From Thermoplasmatota archaeon (GTDB lineage: Archaea; Thermoplasmatota; E2; DHVEG-1; B18-G2): DNA of 64,000 nt. The stretch lies in contig JAPDJO010000027.1 of NCBI GenBank assembly GCA_029259115.1, positions 9,454 through 73,453 on the forward strand, read 5' to 3'. The notes beneath the pieces were generated by a model. That model ran no database searches, had not been told where the DNA came from, and saw nothing but the letters and a program-made list of their open reading frames with translations. The translations under genes and the position numbers were made by a program. Of the stretch, positions 8,723-20,300 are shown piece after piece. Every line of letters begins with the position of its first letter. Within the stretch, counting starts at the first letter, position 1.

Positions 8723-10064
8723 TTTCCAGTTCCCTCTTTATCCTCTTTCTCTCTATCTTGTAATATCTCCTCATAGCAAAATTCAAGGTTGGCAAAGATA
8801 ATAGGGCAGGGGATTTTTCATACTCTTTTGCATAACCAATGTAATGCAGTATCCTTTTCAGCACTTTATCCATAGAATAAAACTTCTTCGTGATCCACAT
8901 ATAACCTTCCAATAATTCCTCTGGCGTCATCTTTTTTGGTCTGAATACTACATGAGCCTGACTGTATTTGGACCAGTCCTTGGTCAGGATTCTACCTTCC
9001 TTCTCGAATCTATAATATATGGCTGTTCCAGGATAAGGAGTTAAGATGTTAAATTCGATACCATCAACTTGCCACTCCTCTAAAGATTTATACGTAGTCT
9101 CAAATACATCAGGTGTATCTTCATCGAATCCAAAAATCATTCCACCAACAACAGCTATACCATGTTTCTGTATCTTTCTAACGTATTCTCCATACTTCTC
9201 AACAACGTTCACATTTGTCAGCTTATGTATCTTTCTTAACGTTTCCTTTGAAATAGATTCAAATCCAACGAACCACTGGATACAGCCTGCCTCTCTTGAT
9301 AGTTTCAGAAACTCCTCGTCTTTACCTAACACATTTATATTGCCGTTTGCAATCCACTTCTTACCCAATCCTCTCATGGCTTTGAAGAGAGCTTTAGAAT
9401 AATCGAGATCCAAAGTTAGACTGGCGTCTCTGAATATTATAACTTTGTTGGGGATTGATTTTATATCTTCAATAACATCCCTTATAGGTCTTTTCCTAAC
9501 CTTCTTCCCTAGAAGTTGAGAAGTTGGACAAAACTCACATCCAACTGGGCAGCCTCTCGTAGCTTGGACAGCTCCAGACATAAAGTTATAGTAAAGATCT
9601 CTTCTCGGATTTGGTATCTTTGATAGATCCGGTTTTTCTTCAGATGAATAGACTTTTTTGAGCTTACCCTTTTCTAGATCATCTAAAAGCTTTGGCCATA
9701 GATTCTCTGCTTCGCCTATAACTATGGCATCTGCATGCTGTTTAGCCTCTTCAGGAAGAGCAGATACGTGATATCCGCCAAGCACAACTTTAACTCCCAA
9801 CTCTCTGAATTTATCAGCTATCTCATAGGCTCTGTAAGCTGTTATGGTCAATACAGATATTCCAACGAGATCCCACTCATCTGTTATCTTCAATTTTTCG
9901 TAATTTTCGTTTATTATCCTCACTTCGTGTTTTTTTGGAGTTACCGCAGCAACCATGGGCAGAGTTAAAGATGGATTTCCATAAATTATGGATACAGGTT
10001 TGAGTCTATCTCTATACGTGGTTATTCCATGTTCTAGTCTAGGCTCTATCAGCAATATTCTCAT
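8697..10064 (-). CDS. cobalamin-binding (class B) radical SAM enzyme
   Basis: N-terminal B12 domain (VVLGGYHVS...IGEAE). RGCPVGCEFC = CxxxCxxC. GFES, TPYPGT. Confidence 0.92.
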   Translation of the reverse strand: MRILLIEPRLEHGITTYRDRLKPVSIIYGNPSLTLPMVAAVTPKKHEVRIINENYEKLKITDEWDLVGISVLTITAYRAYEIADKFRELGVKVVLGGYHVSALPEEAKQHADAIVIGEAENLWPKLLDDLEKGKLKKVYSSEEKPDLSKIPNPRRDLYYNFMSGAVQATRGCPVGCEFCPTSQLLGKKVRKRPIRDVIEDIKSIPNKVIIFRDASLTLDLDYSKALFKAMRGLGKKWIANGNINVLGKDEEFLKLSREAGCIQWFVGFESISKETLRKIHKLTNVNVVEKYGEYVRKIQKHGIAVVGGMIFGFDEDTPDVFETTYKSLEEWQVDGIEFNILTPYPGTAIYYRFEKEGRILTKDWSKYSQAHVVFRPKKMTPEELLEGYMWITKKFYSMDKVLKRILHYIGYAKEYEKSPALLSLPTLNFAMRRYYKIERKRIKRELENGTAIPSQ

Positions 10065-10065
10065 A

Positions 10066-11433
10066 TCAATCCTTCCTCACTTTAGAAATAACCACAGGCG
10101 GCGGTGTTGCTATTCCTTCCCTTCTGTTGGTTTTTATTTCTTTCACTTCCTTGACATTTATATCTACATCTCCCAGAGCTTCCACGAAAGCTTCTTTGAG
10201 TTTGGTTTTTACTGTATTCTTCTCTTTATCATCACACTCCTTGAACACCACCAGTATATCTATCTTATCGTATCTCTCCTGGACTATCTGAAACTGCTCT
10301 ATTATTCTAGAGCCTACATCAGACATGACCTGATATGGTATACCTGTTATAGCCAAAGGTGGTATCATTCTACCATCTGGGAGAACAATCGTGTCTATTT
10401 TTCTCCCTTCTATCCTTTCGATTATCGGTGTGTTCATTCCACAGCTACATTCTCTATCAGACGGGACAAGCAAGTCGCTCACTCCATTGTACCTTATAAC
10501 AGGCGTACCTCCCTCTATGAGGGATGTAATGACGATCTCTGATAACTCTCCAGGAGAAGCTTTTTCTCCCCTTCCATTCCAAAATTCTATATTTACTATA
10601 TCAGCCTGTATATGCATATTTCCCTCTTTGCATTCAAAAGCCATGGGGCTACATTCTGTAGCTCCATACGTCTCAAAAACTCTAGCATTGAATGTCTCTT
10701 CCAGATATTCCCTGGAGTACCTATCTAAGATAGCACCAGATGATGCTATATATCTAGGATTTACGTTCTCTCCTTTGCCCCTATTTTTCAGAGTGGCTAA
10801 GATCTTCATTATGTCAGGGTATCCTCCTATTATCTCTGGTTTGAATTTGTTTAAATCTTCCATTATCCTTTCTGGATCATCTCCCACGTGATAAACCCGG
10901 ATATTTTTTAGTGGAATAACTCTATCAATACTAGGAATAGCAGATCTGCTGAAGAATTCCTCCTCGCCGCTCCCCGGGGATAGATCTATCAGAAGAGCTA
11001 TCCTATTTTTCCTCCAGCTGAGATCGTATTCCTTAAGTACTCGAGTATAGAATATCAGTGTTTTGTACATGAAAAGTGGTTCAACAAATATTGAAACAGG
11101 TTTACCAGTTGATCCCGATGTGCTTATCACCGAATACCTGTCTTTTTTTGCCTTATCCGGAAGTAGTTTATCAGGAAAAGCATTCCTAAAATCATCCTTT
11201 GTAGTAATTGGAAGTTTCTCTATATCACCTATACCTTTTATCTTGCCAATGTCTATGTCTTTATATTTTTCCCGATACATGGGAATTTTTGTTGCGTTTT
11301 TCAAAATCCTTCTAAACGCTTTATCCCTGTACCTTTCCAATTTCTCCTTGGAGTATCTCCATATCCTGTCTGCATCTGTTAAGTAGCTTTTTATAACCTT
11401 AGACAGCGTTACGGGATTTAGTAAAGGATTCAT
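10066..11433 (-). CDS. PaaK/phenylacetate-CoA ligase-family adenylate-forming enzyme, paralog 1
   Basis: STSGSTGKP, YGATE, PVIRYNGVSD, IEGR. Confidence 0.87.
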   Translation of the reverse strand: MNPLLNPVTLSKVIKSYLTDADRIWRYSKEKLERYRDKAFRRILKNATKIPMYREKYKDIDIGKIKGIGDIEKLPITTKDDFRNAFPDKLLPDKAKKDRYSVISTSGSTGKPVSIFVEPLFMYKTLIFYTRVLKEYDLSWRKNRIALLIDLSPGSGEEEFFSRSAIPSIDRVIPLKNIRVYHVGDDPERIMEDLNKFKPEIIGGYPDIMKILATLKNRGKGENVNPRYIASSGAILDRYSREYLEETFNARVFETYGATECSPMAFECKEGNMHIQADIVNIEFWNGRGEKASPGELSEIVITSLIEGGTPVIRYNGVSDLLVPSDRECSCGMNTPIIERIEGRKIDTIVLPDGRMIPPLAITGIPYQVMSDVGSRIIEQFQIVQERYDKIDILVVFKECDDKEKNTVKTKLKEAFVEALGDVDINVKEVKEIKTNRREGIATPPPVVISKVRKD

Positions 11434-11455
11434 CTATTGAAAGATGGTATTAAGT

Positions 11456-11485
11456 TTATTATAAAGTTTCGAAAACCTTAAAAAT
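11456..11485. promoter_or_regulatory. back-to-back BRE/TATA divergent promoters
   Basis: TTATTATAAAGTTTCGAAAACCTTAAAAAT reads CGAAACTTTATAA on the minus strand (about 26 nt before ATG 11433) and CGAAAACCTTAAAAA on the plus strand. Confidence 0.6.
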
Positions 11486-11536
11486 CCAAAAATTGGATGT
11501 TCTTTATGGACTATTAAATCTTGATCAGGTGAAAAG

Positions 11537-12295
11537 ATGTTCAGATTTAGCGAAAAATCACATATGTTTAAACCCCATAGATCAACCATCGTATTGATTC
11601 TCGTCATGATTTTTGCGTTTTCTGTGTTGATAATCGTATCAAAATTTGCATATACCCCTTCTCCTGCAGAAGAAACTTTTGGGATAGACAATTGGATTTT
11701 TTTACATATATTCGAGATATTGGGCTTCCTTGCATTAGTATTATCTATCATCCATAGCTTGAGAGTTTACGGAAGAGATTATACTTTGATCTTCTTCCCT
11801 TCTTGTTTCTTATATGGATTGATACTTGAACTCCCCTTCGACTCTTATAATCAGAATGCTTGGTTAAAGGTTGGACCCTATGGGAGTATGCTATCTGTAG
11901 TGGCAGGATGGTGTGTGATTAACTACATCCTATTATCAATCTCGAGGGGAATGAGTTGTAATCTATCGGTTATTGATAGAGGGATACTATGTGGGTTGCT
12001 TGGTGTTTCTATAGACATACCATTAGATCCTATCGCATATGCATATGGCTTATGGTACTGGGATGGTACGTTTTTTGGTTTTCCTGTAATAACATTTTTT
12101 GGTGTCCCTGTTATAAATTTCATGAACTGGTTTTACACAATATTTGTATTTGTTGTGTTTCAGGAATATCTAAGAAAATCGGATTTCAGCCCAAAAATGA
12201 AGTTTTTGGTCTCTTTACTTACAATCCCTTTGCTTGTAATGATTGTTTTTCTACTAGCCTATACGACTCTACATCTGCTCTTGATAATGGGGTGA
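11537..12295 (+). CDS. CruF/carotenoid-biosynthesis-family (DUF422-like) membrane protein
   Basis: ILE, GW, DIPLDP, GLWYW and FGVPVINFMNW motifs. Multi-pass. AGGTGA SD. Confidence 0.7.
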   Translation: MFRFSEKSHMFKPHRSTIVLILVMIFAFSVLIIVSKFAYTPSPAEETFGIDNWIFLHIFEILGFLALVLSIIHSLRVYGRDYTLIFFPSCFLYGLILELPFDSYNQNAWLKVGPYGSMLSVVAGWCVINYILLSISRGMSCNLSVIDRGILCGLLGVSIDIPLDPIAYAYGLWYWDGTFFGFPVITFFGVPVINFMNWFYTIFVFVVFQEYLRKSDFSPKMKFLVSLLTIPLLVMIVFLLAYTTLHLLLIMG

Positions 12296-12300
12296 TATAG

Positions 12301-12480
12301 ATGATAAAAATGCTCCTCAAGGTGTTTGATGATGCATTTCCTCTGTTTACATTATGTGGAGTGTATATCTTTTCTTTGATTATCGCTGCTTTAGTAGGAA
12401 GATTTGATTTATTTTTGCTCGATCTTGCAGTTGCATACGTTGTATTATCGATAACCTTCATACTGTACAAAAAATCTTGA
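12301..12480 (+). CDS. small two-TM membrane protein, 59 aa, absent from the ORF track
   Basis: GGGGTGA SD before ATG. MIKMLLKVFDDAFPLFTLCGVYIFSLIIAALVGRFDLFLLDLAVAYVVLSITFILYKKS. Confidence 0.55.
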   Translation: MIKMLLKVFDDAFPLFTLCGVYIFSLIIAALVGRFDLFLLDLAVAYVVLSITFILYKKS

Positions 12481-12525
12481 TTTATGCAAAACTTTTAATC
12501 CATATACAGCCTTTCCTTATCCGAT

Positions 12526-13854
12526 ATGGTACTCGAGAATCTGAAAGAATCGTTGAGGGGAACTATACAGAAGATAGCCAGCGCTGTCACTGTAGATTCT
12601 AAACTGATAAAGGAAGTTGTTAGAGATATACAGAGAGCTCTGCTTCAAGCCGATGTTAACGTCAAGCTTGTTTTGGAACTGTCAAAAAACATAGAGAAAA
12701 GGGCTCTTCAGGAAAAACCTCCCGCAGGGATGAGCGCAAGGGAACATGTAATAAGGATAGTTTATGATGAACTGGTAAAAATCCTAGGAACAGGAAAAAC
12801 TCTACCTCTTAAGAAACAGATAATTCTCATGGTTGGATTATATGGACAGGGTAAAACAACAACATGTGGAAAGTTGGCTAGATACTTCAAAAGAAAGGGT
12901 CTAAGACCTGCTCTCATAGCTGGAGATGTACACAGGCCTGCGGCTTACGATCAGTTGAAGCAGATAGCTGAGAAGGCTGAGGTTCCATTTTATGGAGATA
13001 AAAATGCAAAAGATGCGGTCGAGGTTGTCAAAAAAGGTGTCGATCATTTCAAAAGATCAGCAGATGTTATCATAGTTGATACCGCAGGCAGGCACAAGCT
13101 GGAGGAGGATCTCATAAACGAGATAAGAGATATTGAGAGAGAGATAAAAGCGGATGAGAAAATCCTCGTTATTGATGCAACCATTGGACAACAAGCAAGG
13201 GATCAGGCAAAGGCATTCCATGATGCTGTCGGAATAACGGGTATAATTCTAACTAAGATGGATGGTACTGCAAAGGGAGGTGGAGCTCTATCTGCAGCAG
13301 CCGAGGTTGGTGCTCCAATAGTATTTATAGGAACTGGCGAACACCTATCGGATCTAGAATCTTTTGATCCAAAGGGATTCGTATCTAGGTTGTTGGGAAT
13401 GGGGGATATCAGGGCTCTTCTGGAAAAGGCAGAGGAAGCTATGAAGGAAAAGGAAGCAGAAAAGGCTATCGAGAGAATAGTTTCAGGAAAATTTACTTTA
13501 AAGGATATGTACCAGCAGATAGAGATGATGAAAGGCATGGGTCCTTTACAGAAATTATCTGAGCTTTTACCGTTCGGATTCTCTGGAAAGGTCAAAGATG
13601 TTGATATGGAAGAGACTCAAAGAAAACTCAGAAAGTTCAAATACATAATGGACTCGATGACTGAAGAAGAACTAGAGAATCCAGAGATAATAAAAGGCTC
13701 TAGAATAAGGAGGATTGCAAGAGGAGCGGGGGTAGAAAGTAAAGATGTGAAAGAGCTGTTAAAATACTACCACATGACAAAAAGCATGATGAAAGGATTC
13801 GCGAGCAATAGAAAGTTAAGAAAAAGTCTTATGAAACAGCTTAAGTTTACTTGA
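12526..13854 (+). CDS. srp54: signal recognition particle protein SRP54
   Basis: [22 protein letters not shown]-domain [11 protein letters not shown]. Confidence 0.97.
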   Translation: MVLENLKESLRGTIQKIASAVTVDSKLIKEVVRDIQRALLQADVNVKLVLELSKNIEKRALQEKPPAGMSAREHVIRIVYDELVKILGTGKTLPLKKQIILMVGLYGQGKTTTCGKLARYFKRKGLRPALIAGDVHRPAAYDQLKQIAEKAEVPFYGDKNAKDAVEVVKKGVDHFKRSADVIIVDTAGRHKLEEDLINEIRDIEREIKADEKILVIDATIGQQARDQAKAFHDAVGITGIILTKMDGTAKGGGALSAAAEVGAPIVFIGTGEHLSDLESFDPKGFVSRLLGMGDIRALLEKAEEAMKEKEAEKAIERIVSGKFTLKDMYQQIEMMKGMGPLQKLSELLPFGFSGKVKDVDMEETQRKLRKFKYIMDSMTEEELENPEIIKGSRIRRIARGAGVESKDVKELLKYYHMTKSMMKGFASNRKLRKSLMKQLKFT

Positions 13855-13857
13855 TCT

Positions 13858-15930
13858 CTACTCTAATGGACTTCTCAACCAAGGGTAGAAAAGAAATCTT
13901 ATGCCTGTTGATCTCAACTTTATCAACCTAAAACCTCTCATCCAAACTCTGTCACCGAAAATCGGTATCAACCAACTTGGACCAAACATCGATCCCCACC
14001 AATTGTTCTTGATATTAGGTAAAAAGTTGATGGATGATAAACCTCTTCCTTCAATTTCTATTAAAACACCGTATTTCTTATTTCCACAGATATTGTTGTA
14101 TTCTATATCTGGATAGATCGCGTTTGCAAGAGAGATACCGATCTTATTATCTGCTATTCTATTGTTTCTCAACGTATTGTAATGAGACCATTCTATTCTA
14201 ACCCCAACACAATTTGCAGTTATGGAATTATTGTCTATCCTGTTCCAGTTCGATCCGTATATAAGAGAAAGTCCCTTATGGTTTGATGAGATGGTGTTAT
14301 GAGATAGGGTGTTGTGATAGGATCTTGTCATATTTATACCCACCAAATTATCTGATATGACATTTTGCTCTATTTCATTCCTATCTGTCTCGCTCATGTT
14401 TATTCCTAAAGAGTTTTCTGTAACAAGGTTATGTCTTATGGAGCAACAAAAAGCATCCACCACATAATCTGGTCTTCCTATTTGAATACCAGCCTTTCCT
14501 TCAGAACTGTTTTTGATCGTAAAGTTCGAGATGCTAACAAAAGGTGCGAAGATAAACACAACATCTCCTCTTTTGCAACCATCTATTACTGTAGTGTTTC
14601 GATTTTCTCCAACAATTTTAAGATAGGGTTTGTTAATGGATATAGTCTCATAATATGTTCCGTTCTTGACATATATGGTATATCCAGGCTTAGAGAGATT
14701 AATAGCATCCTGGATGGTTGTATTTGCATCGACTGAAACAGTTATATAGCCGTTGTGGAGTCTTAGAACGTGTACCTGTCGAGTGAACGTATTGTTTTTT
14801 GTTTCATTTGTAACACAAAGCGTAACATTGTACCATCCCTCCCTTCGATACATGTGTTTTACTTTGCATCCTGTACTAAAGTTACCGTCTCCGAAATCCC
14901 AGAGGTAAAAGCTATTTCCTGAAACGAAAGATAATGTCCCATCAAAGAATATCTCTTGATCAACCAAAGGTAGAACTGGCTCATAATAGAAAAAGGGTAG
15001 GAAAGGTTCATTTTTAAAAGGCTCCGCCAGAGGGTAATGATCTATATTGTTTCCTGCACCACGGATATAATAGGGTATCGAAGAATCGTGACCCTCCCAG
15101 TAATTCCCTCCAAACTCAGAACCACTATCCCACACATTTCTGCAATTATCCTTGGCATGGATATCATTTTTCCAGAATACATTATTGGAGATTAGATTGT
15201 GACTCGAAGCAGATATCACCTCTATGCCAACATCATTATTTGAGATGTTACATTTTGTAATCAACGTATAATGTATGCAATGATCTAGAACTATACCTCT
15301 TCTATTGTAAGATATATGGCATCCGCGTATCTTGTTGTTACGTGAGGATGGCAAGCAACAAAAATAGATTCCATCCTTGCATTTTGTTATTCCACAGTTT
15401 TTTATAGTATTGTTGTTTGATCGAGCTGAGTAACCGTGAGGGCAACCATTGATAGAAATACCTATATCATCTTTTTTGAAATCACAGTTTTCTATAACGT
15501 TGTCAGATGATGAAACTAATAGTACACCAAATCCACACCCTCTAAAGCTACAATTTACAACCCTTCCATTTGTAACATTGTAGAAAAAGACACCATTTGG
15601 ACGTATTGAAGCAAATCTACAACCATTGATTTGACAATTCTCTATGATAAAATGCGCCCTTGTATTCTTGATTGTAATCCCGCTTTTGCCTATCGCTATA
15701 ATCTTCCAGTTTGATATTATATATGGATTAAGAGATGTACCATTACCCTCTCTGACTCCATTTTCTGGAGTAAAATCATCGTCACCATCTATAAAGATTG
15801 GTCTGTGAAAGCAAGATGAATCACAACTTTTAGATTTACCCAACTCAAGAACCATGGGAGGGGATACGAGAGAGAAAATGATAATGAATGCTGAGGAGAT
15901 TGTTATGAATATCTTGAGAGTCTTTTTCAC
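13858..15930 (-). CDS. secreted NosD/CASH right-handed beta-helix protein with central PKD domain
   Basis: PIFIDGDDDF, N..GI.L..S..N.I..N repeats, GGNYW, WDFGDG, TIQDAIN, NNWWGS. Confidence 0.8.
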   Translation of the reverse strand: MKKTLKIFITISSAFIIIFSLVSPPMVLELGKSKSCDSSCFHRPIFIDGDDDFTPENGVREGNGTSLNPYIISNWKIIAIGKSGITIKNTRAHFIIENCQINGCRFASIRPNGVFFYNVTNGRVVNCSFRGCGFGVLLVSSSDNVIENCDFKKDDIGISINGCPHGYSARSNNNTIKNCGITKCKDGIYFCCLPSSRNNKIRGCHISYNRRGIVLDHCIHYTLITKCNISNNDVGIEVISASSHNLISNNVFWKNDIHAKDNCRNVWDSGSEFGGNYWEGHDSSIPYYIRGAGNNIDHYPLAEPFKNEPFLPFFYYEPVLPLVDQEIFFDGTLSFVSGNSFYLWDFGDGNFSTGCKVKHMYRREGWYNVTLCVTNETKNNTFTRQVHVLRLHNGYITVSVDANTTIQDAINLSKPGYTIYVKNGTYYETISINKPYLKIVGENRNTTVIDGCKRGDVVFIFAPFVSISNFTIKNSSEGKAGIQIGRPDYVVDAFCCSIRHNLVTENSLGINMSETDRNEIEQNVISDNLVGINMTRSYHNTLSHNTISSNHKGLSLIYGSNWNRIDNNSITANCVGVRIEWSHYNTLRNNRIADNKIGISLANAIYPDIEYNNICGNKKYGVLIEIEGRGLSSINFLPNIKNNWWGSMFGPSWLIPIFGDRVWMRGFRLIKLRSTGIRFLFYPWLRSPLE

Positions 15931-16016
15931 ACATAAATGTATTTAAATATATTGATATAAATCTTCCTAAAGAATTAATGCAAAATTATATTACGTTATC
16001 TTTTCTTTTTATCATC

Positions 16017-17324
16017 ATGCTATTCAAAAATGCAAAACAAATTATCGAAAACGGGAAAGATAGAAGAACAAAACTAGCACGAAAAGACATTCTTTCAATC
16101 TTATCTGAAATTGTCAAATCTGTGGATCCATACAGAGTAACTCACAAATACTTAGAAGAAAATATAGAGCTCTCCAGTTACAAATCCATATATATGGTTG
16201 CTTTTGGAAAAGCGAGCATAAGGATGGCGCAAGCAGCAAGTGATCTTTTGCCTGTTAAAGAAGGAGTAGTTATAACAAATGAAGACAAGATTGTGAAAGC
16301 GAAAAATGTTCACACATTTACTGGAGATCATCCGATACCAACATTAAGGAATATAAAGGCAACAGAAAAAGCTATAGAAGTTGTAGAGAAATGCAAAGAG
16401 GAGGATCTTCTTTTAGTTTTGATATCTGGTGGGGGATCCGCTTTACTGTGCAAGCCCAGAGTGCCTCTAGAAGATATGCAAATTTTAACAGATCTGCTAC
16501 TTAAAAGCGGAGCGGACATAACCGAGTTAAATACCATCAGAAAGCATCTATCTTTTGTAAAAGGTGGACAGCTTGCAAAACTTGCAGATTGCGAAATTAT
16601 ATCCTGTATAATATCTGACGTTGTTGGAGATCCGATAGAATTTATAGCTTCTGGACCTACAGCACCTGATACAACAACATTCGAAGATGCAAAAAACATC
16701 CTGATTAAGTATGACTTGTGGAACAAGGTTCCAGAATCTGTGAAAAGAATCATAAACATGGGATTAAAAGGTGAATTATCTGAAACTCTAAAACCAGGAG
16801 ATGAAGTCTTTAACAGAGTGAAAAATGTTATCGTTGCAAATAACTCTTTAGCATGTGAATCTGCCAAGAGAAAAGCAGAAAAGTTAGGCTATAAAGCAAA
16901 AATATTCTCTACCACCCTGACTGGGAAAGCAAGAGAAGTTGGTAAATTTCTGGTTAAAAAAGCAATGGATGAATTAACAGAAAAGGAAATCATGATTGCT
17001 GGTGGAGAAACGACTGTTAGGGTTAGAGGTAAAGGAAAAGGGGGTAGAAATCAGGAAATGGTGCTAAGCACTGTAGAAATGCTCAAAGATTTACCTTTAG
17101 TCTTTGCCTCTTTTGCTACCGATGGAGTAGATGGAAACTCGGATGCGGCTGGTGCTATTGCTGATAGCTATACTTTAGAAAGATCTAGAGGTAAAGGCAT
17201 GGGATATGAAGAGTATCTAGAAAACAATGATTCTTACCACTTCTTCAAAAATTTAAACGATTTGCTTATAACTGGACCAACCGGAACGAATGTGATGGAT
17301 GTTCAGATATTGTTACACTGTTAA
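16017..17324 (+). CDS. gck: glycerate 2-kinase (MOFRL family)
   Basis: AFGKAS, HP.P, LISGGGSAL, KGG.LA, SDVVGD, IASGP, GGRNQE, TDGVDG, TGTNVMD. Start refined to 16017. Confidence 0.93.
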   Translation: MLFKNAKQIIENGKDRRTKLARKDILSILSEIVKSVDPYRVTHKYLEENIELSSYKSIYMVAFGKASIRMAQAASDLLPVKEGVVITNEDKIVKAKNVHTFTGDHPIPTLRNIKATEKAIEVVEKCKEEDLLLVLISGGGSALLCKPRVPLEDMQILTDLLLKSGADITELNTIRKHLSFVKGGQLAKLADCEIISCIISDVVGDPIEFIASGPTAPDTTTFEDAKNILIKYDLWNKVPESVKRIINMGLKGELSETLKPGDEVFNRVKNVIVANNSLACESAKRKAEKLGYKAKIFSTTLTGKAREVGKFLVKKAMDELTEKEIMIAGGETTVRVRGKGKGGRNQEMVLSTVEMLKDLPLVFASFATDGVDGNSDAAGAIADSYTLERSRGKGMGYEEYLENNDSYHFFKNLNDLLITGPTGTNVMDVQILLHC

Positions 17325-17371
17325 AAATTGGAAATTTTATATAGTGACAAACTTATTCACTCTCACTCAGG

Positions 17372-20300
17372 ATGGGTGGGATGCACAAGAATCGATCATC
17401 AGTAAGAATTCATTCTAGGGTACATCAGGTTAGAATATTTTATACTAAAAAAGGAAAATTGCGAAAGGATAAAAGAGGGACATCTAAAATCCTGACAATC
17501 CTATCCTTAATCATAATTGTTGCATCATCCATATTTACACCAATTCTGGTCGCAGAACAAGCTGGTGTTTTTAGAAATGATACAAATTCGACGGTAGCTA
17601 ATTCAGATTTCAATGACGAAACATTAAAGAAGATTAATGGCAGTCAAGTACCTGGCAAGGATTCTCTCTGTGGGAATGCAACTGAAAAAAATCAGATATC
17701 TAGTGAAGATAGCAGTGTAGAATCTAATACAGCAGATAGACCTGATAATGGATCAGCGGATGGGAATGCATATCCATCAGATTCTCAGCAGATTAACAAT
17801 ACCAGCAACATTAACGCTACAGGTGGTAAAAATAGCTCAGCAGAAGAGAATCGCGATAGAAACGAAACTGATATCACGATTTTCAATACTAGTATAAATA
17901 CAGATGGTTTGATTCTAGGTCGAGTAGAAAGTCAAAGCTCCGATGAAAATAAATCTATAGAGACTTTTAGTAACTATAGCTGTAGTACAAACAACCAGAG
18001 CGATAATCAAACATATGGTAACAGATATGATGAGACAAATCAATCTAATATGGGAAAAGATTCCATGTTTTCAAACCTTACCGTTGTTAATGCAACTGAT
18101 GTTTACAATTATCTCTTTGCAAATTCATCTGATCGAAATGGAACAGTATGTACAAATCATATCCACGACATTTCCATTCACACAAACGTTTCCACAAATG
18201 GTTCAGCATGCCCACAGAATAAAACCAACATCTCTTTAGACAATATCTCTTTTGTAGGGAATTTTTCTTCACGAAATGAAGATAGTGATGAAAATGCCAC
18301 AGAAGATCTCTATAGGGCGGAGAGTAGCGAGGATCTTTTAACTTCTCAAAATGTATCGTACTCGGATGGTAAAGAGAATCCATCATATCGAGAAAATGAA
18401 ACGATAAATGTTGCGAGTTGCTCGGAAAAAGAAAAAATTCTCCAGAAAGTAAATGAATCTCTTTCCGAAGGAAAACCAGTTTTTCTTATTTTTTTAGATG
18501 ATAACACAAACCCCTATTCTAACCTAGAGAACAAATACGGAGATAAGATTACTTTCCTAAGAGTTAAAATAGATGATGCTGTAAGATTCTGCTTTAACTT
18601 ATCATCTTCTCCGATGCTGTTTCTTATCAAAAATAGGAATGAATCGGGCTATCTTTATCTAGAAATCAACCCCGAGATAGAAATTGAGAAATTAGACTCC
18701 ATATTATACTTTGCAGCGAACAATATATTTACGCCTACAAGTTATGGAACATGGTATAGAGATAAGAGGATTTACCATAGAATATATCATAATATAGATC
18801 CTGAGTTTCAACATTTTGATGTAAGAAAAGTTATCCAACCTGCTATAAACAAGGCTTGGAAATATCTCGATCCCTACGAGTATATAGGTACGAAAAAGAT
18901 GGATGCCACTATGTTTTCCGCTTTCAAAGTGCTGTACTCTAATTTTAGAAAGGATCCCAAGATTCTGAAAGCATACAAGGAAAGAGTCTTTGATGGAAAA
19001 AAGAGAATTGCAGATAGATACCTATTTCAACTTAACTTCTTTTTTAATCTGAATCTAAGCGAGGATAGGTTCGCTAGGAAGGTTATAGAATCTGATTTTC
19101 TACAATCTGGAATGCTCACCATAAATGAATTGATACTGAGGGCTTTCTATAGTGATGAAGTACCATACACAGATGAGATGTTCAGCTGGGTTCTCAATAA
19201 TTTCTCAAAGAGGGGAGGGTATGATTTAACACATTCTATAATGGTCTATGCAATACTGAGAGAAAGGGGAGGATATGATGCTGAAAAGATTGAGCAGGCA
19301 TTGGATGAGCTCTGCGAACTTGTAGTTGAAGAACAAGAAGAGGATCACTCCCGTGGTTCAATTACAGATTTTGACTTATATGCCGAAAGGGTCGGCTTTT
19401 TGATCATAGCAAACAGATGTGATCTAATCAAGGAGGAATGGATAGAAAAGATAATATCCTTTCAAAATGAAGATGGAGGTTTTCCTTTAGGGAAATATGG
19501 TGAAGAATCCCACGCTCACTCTACATATGTTGCTCTCCTAGCTCTGATGGGGTACAAGAAATATGTTCTTGAGCATAGGGAATTCGATTTTAGTTTCACC
19601 AAACCGATACCTGTCAAGAAACCCTACATAGATAGTAGATTTTCCACAAAGTTTCTGGAAGAATTAGATAAAAAGGGGAAAGTTAAGAGTCTGATTAAGC
19701 TGAAGGAGTCAGTAATTCCTCCTTGGATGGTAGATGTTTTTGGTAAGAATATAACAGTAATAGATACGAGCAGAGGGAAGTATGCAGTTGTAGAGATAAC
19801 CAAAGATATCCTCGACTTGTTAAGAAGTAGAGAGGATATCAGCAAAGTCCTGCTTGACGAACGTATTGGTTGTTCTTTAAGTGAAGCTTTACCATTGATT
19901 GAATATGATAAAGCATCTTCTCAATTCAACTACTCTGGCAGAGGAATAAGGATTTGCATACTTGATACAGGGTTAAACAAAGCATATGTTGATTTTAGTC
20001 AAGGATACGATTTCGTAAATGATGATCCCTATCCAGAGGATAATAATGGACATGGAACTCAAATAGCCTTGATAATAAAGTCAATGGCACCTAACACAAC
20101 TATTATACCAATAAAGGTTCTAAGTGATGACGGTAAAGGGTATGTATCTACTGCTCTAGAGGGATTAGAATATGCCATCAGTCTCCATCCCGACATAATA
20201 GTTATGGCATTTGGGGGTGGAAGTTATAGTGGATTTTGTAATGATGATCCACTAGCAAATTTAAGTAATTATGCGGTAGAACAGGGTATATTTGTAATTG

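Noticed and set aside
11434-11751. 105-aa minus-strand ORF upstream of the ligase operon, and the many other short antisense ORFs in the track
   Set aside because: These are shadows of well-supported opposite-strand genes with no motifs. This one also spans the promoter region.
11537-12295. Carotenoid pathway
   Set aside because: No crtB, crtI or lyeJ in the window. Family membership alone does not establish the substrate.
17459-17550. Class III (type IV prepilin) signal in the giant protein, KRG/TSKIL
   Set aside because: The +1 Thr and following Lys fit the consensus poorly, and no type IV pilus ATPase or TadC gene is nearby.
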